Positions 1 to 7,622 of a DNA stretch of 10,883 bases are shown here, one piece after another (the stretch's first letter is position 1; every line of letters begins with the position of its first letter). This stretch comes from Promethearchaeota archaeon. Its GTDB lineage: Archaea > Asgardarchaeota > Lokiarchaeia > Sigyniarchaeales > SOKP01. The stretch covers positions 1 through 10,883 of the forward strand of contig JBHLNT010000142.1 of NCBI GenBank assembly GCA_048941265.1. Reading direction: 5' to 3'. A program made the position numbers and the translations under genes. The notes below the pieces were generated by a model, which did not search any database, had not been told where the DNA came from, and saw nothing but the letters and a program-made list of their open reading frames with translations.

Positions 1-24
1 ATTCTATAATTATTTTTAAAGTAT

Positions 25-1143
25 ATGGCTAATTCGACTAATAATTTTGATATTGCTGTGATTGGTGCCGGTCCAGGGGGTTCTTTTGCTGCAAAGGCCA
101 GTGCAGAAATGGGATATAAAACGCTTTTACTTGATAAGGAACAAATTAGAGAAAATGGTCGGTATAAAGCATGTGGCGGAGCCATTGCTTGGGAATTAGT
201 TGAAGAAATTGATTATCCTGAAGATAAAATCTCAAGAGTAATTGAATCTTTAGAATTACATCATATTGATGGAGAAGATTTTTCAAAAAAGGGAAAAGGG
301 GCTGTAATTTGGCGAAGTACTTTTGATAAGTTCATAACGGATATGGCAATTGAGAGTGGAGCAGTGTTAAAAGAGAAAGAACCGATAATTGATATAGAAA
401 AATCTAATAATATCTATCAAATTAAGACAAAAAAGGGAAAATATCAAGCAAAATATGTCATTGCTGCCGATGGGGTTACTTCTCCAACGCTAAAAATGTT
501 AAAGTGGCCTTATTTTGCAAAGGAAAATTTAATTCTAACAATTACTAAAGAAATGAAAACCACAAATTCCTATATTAATACGATCTTAGGATCGGATACG
601 GTTCATTTGTTTTTTGGGATTAAAAATCTTATTCCAATAGGGTATGCGTGGTTATTTCCAAAAGCCGAAACTATTACTGTTGGATGGGGCAACCAAATAA
701 ACCTAATTAAAAATTCTCGAACAGAGTTCGATAAATTTGTGTCATTGCCATATGTTAAAAAGGCCTTAAAAGATTCAAAATTAGAGATATTTAAACCTCA
801 TCTAATTCCTGTTGGTTTAAGACCAAAACTTTATGAAGATAACGTATTTGCAGTTGGTGACGCAGGAGGAATAGTTGATCCTATAAGTGGAAAAGGCATT
901 CCATATGCTATAATGTCTGGACAATTTGCGATTGAAGCGATTAATACAGGAGAAAAAAGAGATAAACCTGATAAATTAGGTACTTTTTATGAAAAAAGTT
1001 TAGATCGAAAGTTTCTTAAAATCTTAAAGGCTAAGCGAGTAGCACGTGATAGAATTTTTCAGAGCGATGAAAGTTTAAAGCAATTTTTAGGTCTTTGGGA
1101 GAAATATAGGTCCTCACAGATTGTAATGGGAAAAATGATTTAA
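25..1143 (+). CDS. Geranylgeranyl reductase-family FAD-dependent oxidoreductase (DGGGPL reductase-like)
   Basis: 372 aa. N-terminal Rossmann motif DIAVIGAGPGG, KACGG cysteine motif, VIAADG, exact GGR signature PxxYxWxFP (PIGYAWLFP) and second FAD motif VGDAGGIVDPISGKGI. The family call is solid; the substrate is inferred from the isoprenoid context. Confidence 0.85.
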   Translation: MANSTNNFDIAVIGAGPGGSFAAKASAEMGYKTLLLDKEQIRENGRYKACGGAIAWELVEEIDYPEDKISRVIESLELHHIDGEDFSKKGKGAVIWRSTFDKFITDMAIESGAVLKEKEPIIDIEKSNNIYQIKTKKGKYQAKYVIAADGVTSPTLKMLKWPYFAKENLILTITKEMKTTNSYINTILGSDTVHLFFGIKNLIPIGYAWLFPKAETITVGWGNQINLIKNSRTEFDKFVSLPYVKKALKDSKLEIFKPHLIPVGLRPKLYEDNVFAVGDAGGIVDPISGKGIPYAIMSGQFAIEAINTGEKRDKPDKLGTFYEKSLDRKFLKILKAKRVARDRIFQSDESLKQFLGLWEKYRSSQIVMGKMI

Positions 1144-1183
1144 TTTAAAGTTCAAAAGATAATGTAATCGGTGGTTAATTCAA

Positions 1184-1732
1184 ATGTTAGTAGCAATTAC
1201 AGGTGCCTCTGGAGCTCAAATAGCTGTTAAATTTCTTGAAATCCTGAAAGAAAAGGATATTAAAACTGAGTTAATAATATCAAAAACAGCAGAAGTAATT
1301 ATAAATACTGAAACTGAATATAAAGTTTCGGAAATTCGTAATTTAGCTACAATAAGTTATGACTTTGATGATTTAGCGGCAGCTCCTGCAAGCGGTTCTT
1401 ATAAATTTGACGCAATGGTTATAGTTCCGTGTACCATGAAGACATTGGCTGCAATAGCAAATGGTATAGCCGATAATTTAATTACAAGAGCAGCTGACGT
1501 AGCTATAAAAGAAAAAAGGAAACTTATACTTGTGGTTAGAGAGAGCCCATTTAGCGCAATCCATCTTGAAAATATGCTCAAACTCGCAAGGTTGGGTGTC
1601 GTGATTGCTCCACCAATACCTTCATATTATATTAAACCAAAATCTGTTGATGAGTTAATTGAACATTCAGTTGGGAGGATACTTGACCAATTAGGTATTG
1701 AAAGCAATATAAAAAGATGGGGAGATAATTAG
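1184..1732 (+). CDS. ubiX: Flavin prenyltransferase UbiX (prFMN synthase)
   Basis: 182 aa. Motifs VAITGASG, ASGS, PCTMKTLAAIANG, NLITRAADV, KEKRKLILVVRESP, HLENML and PPIPSYY are all UbiX/Pad1 hallmarks. GGTGG SD-like site at 1170-1174. Partner UbiD-family gene lies in the same cluster. Confidence 0.96.
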   Translation: MLVAITGASGAQIAVKFLEILKEKDIKTELIISKTAEVIINTETEYKVSEIRNLATISYDFDDLAAAPASGSYKFDAMVIVPCTMKTLAAIANGIADNLITRAADVAIKEKRKLILVVRESPFSAIHLENMLKLARLGVVIAPPIPSYYIKPKSVDELIEHSVGRILDQLGIESNIKRWGDN

Positions 1733-1749
1733 GTATTTTTTAAAATATA
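1733..1749. terminator. Putative bidirectional oligo-T terminator between convergent ubiX and fni
   Basis: 17-nt gap between converging stop codons. It contains TATTTT-TT-AAAATA (1734-1747, 6-bp inverted arms), giving T6 on the + strand and T4 on the - strand. Archaeal termination typically occurs at oligo-T tracts. Confidence 0.4.
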
Positions 1750-2874
1750 TTATTGATTTAACCATTTATACAGCTCCCCAAGGATAACATATTTATTTTT
1801 TTTACCTTTTAGATTTTCTATTTTGTCCACATTCATTAACCATAAACTTGCACGTAATTCATGTTTTAATGTTCTTATTTCTTTAACGGTTTGAGTAATA
1901 GAACCACTTTTCCTATCGTTCCATGCAGTTTTTAGAAATTTAAATGCAAATCCACCAATATCAGCCCCAAAAGCGATAGATTTTGCTATATCAATTCCGG
2001 TTCTTAACCCTCCAGTGGCAATAATTAATTTTTTAGACATATTTCTAACATTAATTATGCTAACTGGAGTAGGTATGCCCCATTCTCTAAATACTTCGGC
2101 AGGATTTCGAGAATATTTTTGATTGTTAAAATTATTACGCTTAGATTCAATTGCAGCAAAACTTGTACCTCCGGACCCTCCGACATCAAATCCATCAAAA
2201 CCAAGTTTATCAAGATTTATCGCTAAATCTTGGTTAAACCCCGTTCCAACTTCTTTTGCGATTATGGGAATTTTATAAATTTCACGTAATTTTAGAAAAT
2301 TTTTGCGAAAAAGTTTATAAGAAATATCTCCTTTATTCTGAACTAATTCGTGCAAAGCATTTAAATGAATTGCCATAGCATCGGCATTAATCATCTCTAT
2401 GCATTTACTAAAAGTTTCTATTTCAAAATCTTCATTGCTAACTTGACCGATACCAATATTTCCAATTATAGGGATATTTGGTGCAACTTCACGTGTGATC
2501 CTGAATGAATCTAATAAAGCAGGATCTTCAATTCCAGCACGTTGACTTCCAACACTCATTATAATGTTTTCTTCTTCCGCGGCCTTAGCCAAAATCTCAT
2601 TTATTTCCTTAGAGACGGGATGCCCGCCTGTAATTGCTGAAATACAAATAGGCGCTGAGATTTTTTTTTTAAAGAAATTTACTGAAAGGTCAATATCCTC
2701 AAAATCGAAGTCAGGGATTGGATGGTGAATCAATTTAATATCGTTAAAATAATTAGTAGAATGCTGCACGTCATATTCTAAGGGAATCTTAAGATGTTCT
2801 ATTTTTCTATCCATAATTTCCTTAGACTGGTTTGGCTTAGGCATATCTTCTTCTTTATATTTACTACTTGTCAT
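1750..2874 (-). CDS. fni: Type 2 isopentenyl-diphosphate delta-isomerase (FMN-dependent IDI-2)
   Basis: 374 aa. RKxxH (RKIEHL), SAITGG (usually AMTGG), VGSQRA, GNIG, HLNALHE (usually HLNxxQE), KEVGTG, GGSGGTSF, WGIPT and ATGGLRTGIDIAKSIAFGA. The start could alternatively be Met11 (2844) or Met21 (2814). Confidence 0.95.
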   Translation of the reverse strand: MTSSKYKEEDMPKPNQSKEIMDRKIEHLKIPLEYDVQHSTNYFNDIKLIHHPIPDFDFEDIDLSVNFFKKKISAPICISAITGGHPVSKEINEILAKAAEEENIIMSVGSQRAGIEDPALLDSFRITREVAPNIPIIGNIGIGQVSNEDFEIETFSKCIEMINADAMAIHLNALHELVQNKGDISYKLFRKNFLKLREIYKIPIIAKEVGTGFNQDLAINLDKLGFDGFDVGGSGGTSFAAIESKRNNFNNQKYSRNPAEVFREWGIPTPVSIINVRNMSKKLIIATGGLRTGIDIAKSIAFGADIGGFAFKFLKTAWNDRKSGSITQTVKEIRTLKHELRASLWLMNVDKIENLKGKKNKYVILGELYKWLNQ

Positions 2875-2883
2875 AATTAAAAC

Positions 2884-3693
2884 TTATTTATTAATTAATA
2901 CGTTTGTACAATTTATTTTTTGATTTTTCAAGGACATGTAAATATACTCTTCTTTAAGTCCATTTATTAATTGCACCGGAATATTATAATTACAAATTTT
3001 TTTAATGAAGTTGAGCTTTCCCTCAATACCACCAGTCACATCAATCTTTTTACCTAAATCTGCTAATTTTAAACTCTCTAATTGATCAGAATAGCATTCT
3101 GTAGCCAATATACAATTAGAATTTTTATCATTTATATACAATCCATCCGTCTCCATTGTAAAAATGACTTTAGAAACGCTATATTTTTTTAAATTTTCAC
3201 ATAACTCAAGAATAATCTCATCTCCCGAAATGATAGAAAACGATCCCTGCTTATCAAGAATAATGTCGCCGTATAAAATAGGTAATATATTGAGATCCAA
3301 GGCAGTTTCGATCATATCAATAGATTGAGTTGAGATTAGATGAGAATCCTTAATGAAAATGCTGGAAGCTTGAATTGATAATGCCGGATATTTTTTTTCT
3401 AAAAATAAATTAATTAGATAAGAATTGAATTTATTCATTGATTGATGGGTTTCAGCAAGTCCGAGAATTTGGTCTGGAATGGACTTATCAATTCCTTTAG
3501 AGATGCCGTATTTTTTTGCGAGAGGATGACCAAATGAACCTCCACCATGAATTAAAATTACTTTTTCATTAGCCTCAATTATTTGCTGAACTGCGCTTTT
3601 TGCAGCATCTTCCCGTATAGAAAAAGGTTTATTTTTATCAGTTAATAAACCTCCACCTAACTTTAACAATATAATTTTATTTATGCTTTTCAA
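2884..3693 (-). CDS. ipk: Isopentenyl phosphate kinase (amino-acid kinase family)
   Basis: 269 aa, TTG start. KLGGGLLTDK, IHGGGSFGH with the IPK-signature His, PILYGD, ISGD and DVTGGI. Lies between mvk and fni, the usual archaeal arrangement. Confidence 0.94.
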   Translation of the reverse strand: MKSINKIILLKLGGGLLTDKNKPFSIREDAAKSAVQQIIEANEKVILIHGGGSFGHPLAKKYGISKGIDKSIPDQILGLAETHQSMNKFNSYLINLFLEKKYPALSIQASSIFIKDSHLISTQSIDMIETALDLNILPILYGDIILDKQGSFSIISGDEIILELCENLKKYSVSKVIFTMETDGLYINDKNSNCILATECYSDQLESLKLADLGKKIDVTGGIEGKLNFIKKICNYNIPVQLINGLKEEYIYMSLKNQKINCTNVLINK

Positions 3694-3706
3694 TTTAACT
3701 TAACAC

Positions 3707-4642
3707 TCAACCTATCATTGTCTTCCAAGCTTCAAATCCCTCTTTTTCGATTGCCTTTGCAATCTTCCCTTGAATTTCTTCACTTTCAGCTAAAGCAATA
3801 ACCAGACCTCCGCGTCCAGTTCCCGTCATTTTAGCACCTAATGCACCATTATTTAATGCAATATCTACTAATCTATCATTTATTTCTCCTGAAACCGTGA
3901 TATTTTGGAGTAATTTATGATTTTGATTCATTAAATTACCTAAAGTTTTTGAATCTCCTTTAAGGAGGGTTTTTTTAGCTTTTTCTGCTAAGATCTTGTA
4001 ATCATTAAATATTTTCGCAAACTTTTCTGGATTTTCTTCCTTTAAACGTCGAACGTCAGCAACTACTTCGGTTGTTGAAGCTGTTATACCTGAATTTGCG
4101 ATTATTAATGGCATATCTTTTGGTGATTTTAAAAGTTCCATTGTATTCTTTCCACCACTTAAATCTTTAACGAACCATATCAATCCTCCAAATGTGGAAG
4201 CCGTATTATCAATTCCAGAGGGTGTTCCGTGATACGCTCTCTCACCTTCATAAGCTGCTTCATTAATTTTTTCATCGTCTAATTTTAGATTAAAGCTATC
4301 GTTTAGGGCACGTGCTAAAGATGTACATTGAGCCGCAGAAGCACCAACTCCACTCGCAGCAATTAAATCTCCGGCAAAAGTTATTTCAAGTTTTTGGCTC
4401 TCAATATCTATTTTTAAATGCTCAATTACATTTTTAATAGACTGTAATGCTTCATCATATTTCTGTTTTTTATACCCAGGAGTGGCAGGTCTCTTATCAT
4501 CAACGCTCCAGCCTTGACCCTCAATAACTTTAACATCTGCGGTGGTATAGGAGCCCAACGCTGATGCGATGGCGGGAAGTCCGTAAACTACGAAATGTTC
4601 TCCGAAGAGAATTGTTTTACCGTATCCTTTGCCAGCCCCCAT
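3707..4642 (-). CDS. mvk: Mevalonate kinase (GHMP kinase family)
   Basis: 311 aa. GKTILFGEHFVVYG (motif I), SGVGASAA (motif II variant), HGTPSGIDN (catalytic Asp) and GAKMTGTGRGG (motif III). GAGGTGA SD 5 nt upstream of the ATG. Confidence 0.95.
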   Translation of the reverse strand: MGAGKGYGKTILFGEHFVVYGLPAIASALGSYTTADVKVIEGQGWSVDDKRPATPGYKKQKYDEALQSIKNVIEHLKIDIESQKLEITFAGDLIAASGVGASAAQCTSLARALNDSFNLKLDDEKINEAAYEGERAYHGTPSGIDNTASTFGGLIWFVKDLSGGKNTMELLKSPKDMPLIIANSGITASTTEVVADVRRLKEENPEKFAKIFNDYKILAEKAKKTLLKGDSKTLGNLMNQNHKLLQNITVSGEINDRLVDIALNNGALGAKMTGTGRGGLVIALAESEEIQGKIAKAIEKEGFEAWKTMIG

Positions 4643-5032
4643 TTATTTCACCTCTACGGTGCCTTCTGAGCCGTTAACAATTAATTTTTGACCGGTTTTA
4701 ATGTTATTAATATTAATTTTATCTACACAGGGAATTTCGCTTATGATGCAACCAACCGCTATGATCGTATCAATTTGTTCATTTACGATTGCTACCGGAT
4801 GAGTATTGCTTTTTTTCATTCTATACATCGTATACGATCCCACAGTCGAACCTTTCCCGGTTGGAAACACTAACACTTTTCCTGTTATGGTTTGACCCTC
4901 AAGCTCATGCCCAACTTCTACAACTTTACCAGAGTCAGGATCAACGCCGCCATAAAATGAAATAGCATCTTTAGTTACAATCGCTTCCGCCTCAGCAGTT
5001 CCCTTATAAATTTTTCTTCCCTCTAACTTCAT
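4643..5032 (-). CDS. Phosphomevalonate dehydratase small subunit (aconitase X swivel domain, DUF126)
   Basis: ISFYGGVDPDSG, GKVLVFPTGKGSTVGSY (catalytic Ser region) and IIAVGCIISEIP. Start moved from the ORF-track 5053 to the ATG at 5032 (MKLEGRK, 129 aa), because it forms an ATGA overlap with the large-subunit stop and has GGAGG 7 nt upstream. Confidence 0.92.
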   Translation of the reverse strand: MKLEGRKIYKGTAEAEAIVTKDAISFYGGVDPDSGKVVEVGHELEGQTITGKVLVFPTGKGSTVGSYTMYRMKKSNTHPVAIVNEQIDTIIAVGCIISEIPCVDKININNIKTGQKLIVNGSEGTVEVK

Positions 5033-6222
5033 TTTATAGCCTCCCCAACACAATTTTCGATTGTTTCAATTTTTATTTTAAACTTATTCTTTGCACGTCC
5101 ATAATAGCACGCTTTTGCCGAATCAACCAAGATTCCCTTGAAGCGTCCTTTTATAGGAGCTACAACACAGCAAGTATCCGCCGCAAACTTTGCACCCGCA
5201 TCTTCAATAATTTTGGAATAACCGGCTTCATCTGCAATTTTTTTTGTAGGGCGAGCGGTTGTAATCCAGAATTCTTTTTTTACTTTCTTTCCTTCAAGTA
5301 AACGTGCTAATTCCGCAATCTCATGAATTGAAGCATGAGGACAACCTATACTAATAAAATCTATCTCAAGATCGTCGTCAGTAAGTTCATCACGGGCCTT
5401 TTCTAAGTCGTCATAATTTACTTCAAATCTAAGATCTTTTGGTTTAGGGTATTTATTATATTCAGGAGTAATTCCTTCCATGTGGAATAAGGCAGTTCCA
5501 CCGTAAGTAGCAATGGAAGCACAAAAAGACTTGAGTTCCTCAACAGTAGCAGAAGAAATTCCCGTAATATAGGGAATATTTTTTCTTAATTCAACCAACT
5601 TATCGCCAATTATTTTTCCTAACAAACCAAATTCATTTGTACCCTTAATTTTAGTCTTTACATTAACTAAAACCTGACCATGACGATTCTCATCCAAATG
5701 ATAACCGTAATAAGGAGTTTTACCTGTTAAAGCTGCTGCTAATGCGCTAGGACCTCCTTCCCTATTAGTTCGGGCTCCTATTACGGAGTTAGAGTAACAA
5801 ACTGCACTACTCTCGGACCATGCGATATGCTGCCCGTAATGGGGTGTATTTCCAATTAGATATGGGGTACAAGAACAGGTTGTAATTATCCCCATTCTGG
5901 CAAATGCATCAATTGCCCGATTTTGGTTTTTAGCGAATTCTTCATCTATTCCTAATGCCCGCCAGTTTTCGCGGTCCATTCCGGCCGGATTTAGTGTGGT
6001 TAGAACTTTAACCTTCCCATCCTCTGCCATTTCACTTAGAAATTCCAATCCTGCCTCTCCCAGATTATCATATGAGACTCCTGCAATCTGAACGCTATAG
6101 ACATCAACCATGGATTCGGCATCAAATATTTCGCCTAAAGTTGTTAAAATTTCCATAGATTTTTTAGCGGCGTTTCCGTACTTTCCCTCCAACATCTCTC
6201 TTTCTTGTGATGTTAATTTCAA
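5029..6222 (-). CDS. Phosphomevalonate dehydratase large subunit (aconitase X catalytic domain, DUF521, Fe-S protein)
   Basis: 397 aa, TTG start. GVSY, TTLNP, CSCTPY, WSESSA, RTNREGG, IGCPH and DTCCVVAP; three Cys motifs fit the Fe-S ligands of AcnX. Adjacent to the swivel subunit, mvk and a UbiD gene. Confidence 0.93.
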   Translation of the reverse strand: MKLTSQEREMLEGKYGNAAKKSMEILTTLGEIFDAESMVDVYSVQIAGVSYDNLGEAGLEFLSEMAEDGKVKVLTTLNPAGMDRENWRALGIDEEFAKNQNRAIDAFARMGIITTCSCTPYLIGNTPHYGQHIAWSESSAVCYSNSVIGARTNREGGPSALAAALTGKTPYYGYHLDENRHGQVLVNVKTKIKGTNEFGLLGKIIGDKLVELRKNIPYITGISSATVEELKSFCASIATYGGTALFHMEGITPEYNKYPKPKDLRFEVNYDDLEKARDELTDDDLEIDFISIGCPHASIHEIAELARLLEGKKVKKEFWITTARPTKKIADEAGYSKIIEDAGAKFAADTCCVVAPIKGRFKGILVDSAKACYYGRAKNKFKIKIETIENCVGEAIK

Positions 6223-6238
6223 TTTACTCCACTCTTAA

Positions 6239-7543
6239 TCATTTAATATATTTGTCAATATCTATTGCTGGGAAATCAGCTTTATCGAAGCTCTTTCCTT
6301 TTGCTATAAGCGGTTTCGTCAGATCAAATCCAATTTTAGTAGTCATTTTAGTTCCTGGTTCTGCGCTAGGATCTAAACTACTTCCCGGTTCTTTATCTTT
6401 AATGACCATACCAACATCCCCTTGAAATCGGGTTGCCATTGCCCATTCAACAGACAAAGGATCATAGATATCAATATCTTTATCTACAATAAACACATGT
6501 TTGCAGCTAGTATGGCCCAAAAAAGCGCCATCAATAGCTTTCTTACCATCTTCATCTGATTTTTTATCAATTTTGACAATCGCATGCAACCACGAGCTTC
6601 CCCCAGGACTAATGTTCACATCCAAGCATTTCACACCGGTCTCATTCACTTTGTTGAAAATTGTTGGTTCACGTGGCATTCCCATTAATATTTTATGCTC
6701 AAGTGCCCCTGGTAATAAAGCTTGCCAAATGGCTTCCTTTCTATGAGTAATTTTTTTAACTTCAAAAACTGGTTCTTCCCTGACCACATCATATGTTTCA
6801 GTTAGATCTACAAATGGTCCTTCGGGATGCCTTTCTTCCATAAAGACCCGCCCTTCTAAAACGAATTCTGCCTCTGCAGGAATTAAAAGATCTACTGAGC
6901 GTGCCTTAACAACCTTAATGGCTTCTAATGCATTTGCAATTTCTAATTCATCAACTCCAATATCTACAGAAGTTGCCCCAGCAATTAGAATATTCGGAGT
7001 ATTTCCTATACAAAACGCTACTTCTAATTCACCATTTTTTTCTAAGAACTTATGAAAATGCCTTCCACTTACTATTCGAGTCGCAAATTTATCCTTAGAT
7101 AATTGCATCGCCCTATGAAAATCCATGTTTTGTCCGTAATCAGGGTCTCGAGTAATAACAACAGCAGAACTAATATAATTTCCCCCATCTTTTTCACAAT
7201 GTAATAATATGGGAAGTTTATCTAAATCAACGCTTGGTTCAATTATTTCTTGACATGGAGCGTCTGTGATAATTTCTGGTTTTGAACGATGTGTAATTGC
7301 TTTTGAGAGCATTGGTATGAGATCTGCTGGAGTTACGCCGAAATATGATGCAATTACATTTTTAGTACAAAAGATATTACCTGCAACGCGAAATTCTGAT
7401 TCTTTGATATTGTTAAAAATTACTTGGGTTGGTTCGATTTCTTTTAAAATTCCAGAAATCTCTAATTTCTTCGAAACATTCACGTCTACTTTACGAAGAA
7501 GCCCTTTTTCATCAATTTGATTGATATATTCTCTAAAACTCAT
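6239..7543 (-). CDS. ubiD: UbiD-family prFMN-dependent decarboxylase, predicted trans-anhydromevalonate 5-phosphate decarboxylase (AMPD)
   Basis: 434 aa. DLDKLP, DGGNYISS, FHR, PAEAEFVLEG, EGPFVDLTETYD, EHKILMGMPREP, VDKDIDI, VEWAMATRFQ and SSLDPS. The family is clear; the AMPD function is inferred from clustering with AcnX, mvk and ipk. Confidence 0.92.
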   Translation of the reverse strand: MSFREYINQIDEKGLLRKVDVNVSKKLEISGILKEIEPTQVIFNNIKESEFRVAGNIFCTKNVIASYFGVTPADLIPMLSKAITHRSKPEIITDAPCQEIIEPSVDLDKLPILLHCEKDGGNYISSAVVITRDPDYGQNMDFHRAMQLSKDKFATRIVSGRHFHKFLEKNGELEVAFCIGNTPNILIAGATSVDIGVDELEIANALEAIKVVKARSVDLLIPAEAEFVLEGRVFMEERHPEGPFVDLTETYDVVREEPVFEVKKITHRKEAIWQALLPGALEHKILMGMPREPTIFNKVNETGVKCLDVNISPGGSSWLHAIVKIDKKSDEDGKKAIDGAFLGHTSCKHVFIVDKDIDIYDPLSVEWAMATRFQGDVGMVIKDKEPGSSLDPSAEPGTKMTTKIGFDLTKPLIAKGKSFDKADFPAIDIDKYIK

Positions 7544-7590
7544 AAATTTTATTCATCTCATATACTTATTTTGATTAATACAAATATGTA

Positions 7591-7608
7591 CAATATAAGT
7601 ATTTCTCA
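7591..7608 (-). promoter_or_regulatory. Putative archaeal BRE/TATA promoter for the ubiD-to-fni operon
   Basis: The minus strand reads GAGAAATAC-TTATAT-TG: a purine-rich BRE-like segment followed by a TATA-like box (7593-7598) about 50 nt upstream of the ubiD ATG. SD-like GAGATGA at 7553-7559. The AT-rich background weakens the call. Confidence 0.4.
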
Positions 7609-7622
7609 GATTAATTATATAA

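Noticed and set aside
1399-1581. 60-aa minus-strand ORF
   Set aside because: Fully antisense within ubiX, with no recognisable motif; a shadow ORF.
2661-2670. A10 run on the coding strand of fni (also A9 at 7629-7637 in the reductase) as possible frameshift or phase-variation sites
   Set aside because: Both ORFs are intact and full-length, and the runs are Lys codons expected in an AT-rich genome.
4688-4873. 61-aa plus-strand ORF
   Set aside because: Antisense within the dehydratase small subunit, with no motif.
5033-5053. N-terminal extension MCWGGYK of the small subunit in the ORF track
   Set aside because: The ATG at 5032 has a good SD and an ATGA overlap; the extension merely spans the SD sequence.
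6207-7520. Three short plus-strand ORFs (6207-6425, 6501-6746, 7266-7520)
   Set aside because: Antisense to the conserved ubiD gene, with the Ser/Ile/Phe-rich composition typical of reverse-frame shadows.
1184-7543. UbiX/UbiD as ubiquinone or aromatic-acid decarboxylation genes, and AcnX as hydroxyproline dehydratase or TCA aconitase
   Set aside because: Embedding among mvk, ipk, fni, HMGR and HMGS, with no PMK or diphosphomevalonate decarboxylase gene, fits the archaeal MVA pathway far better.
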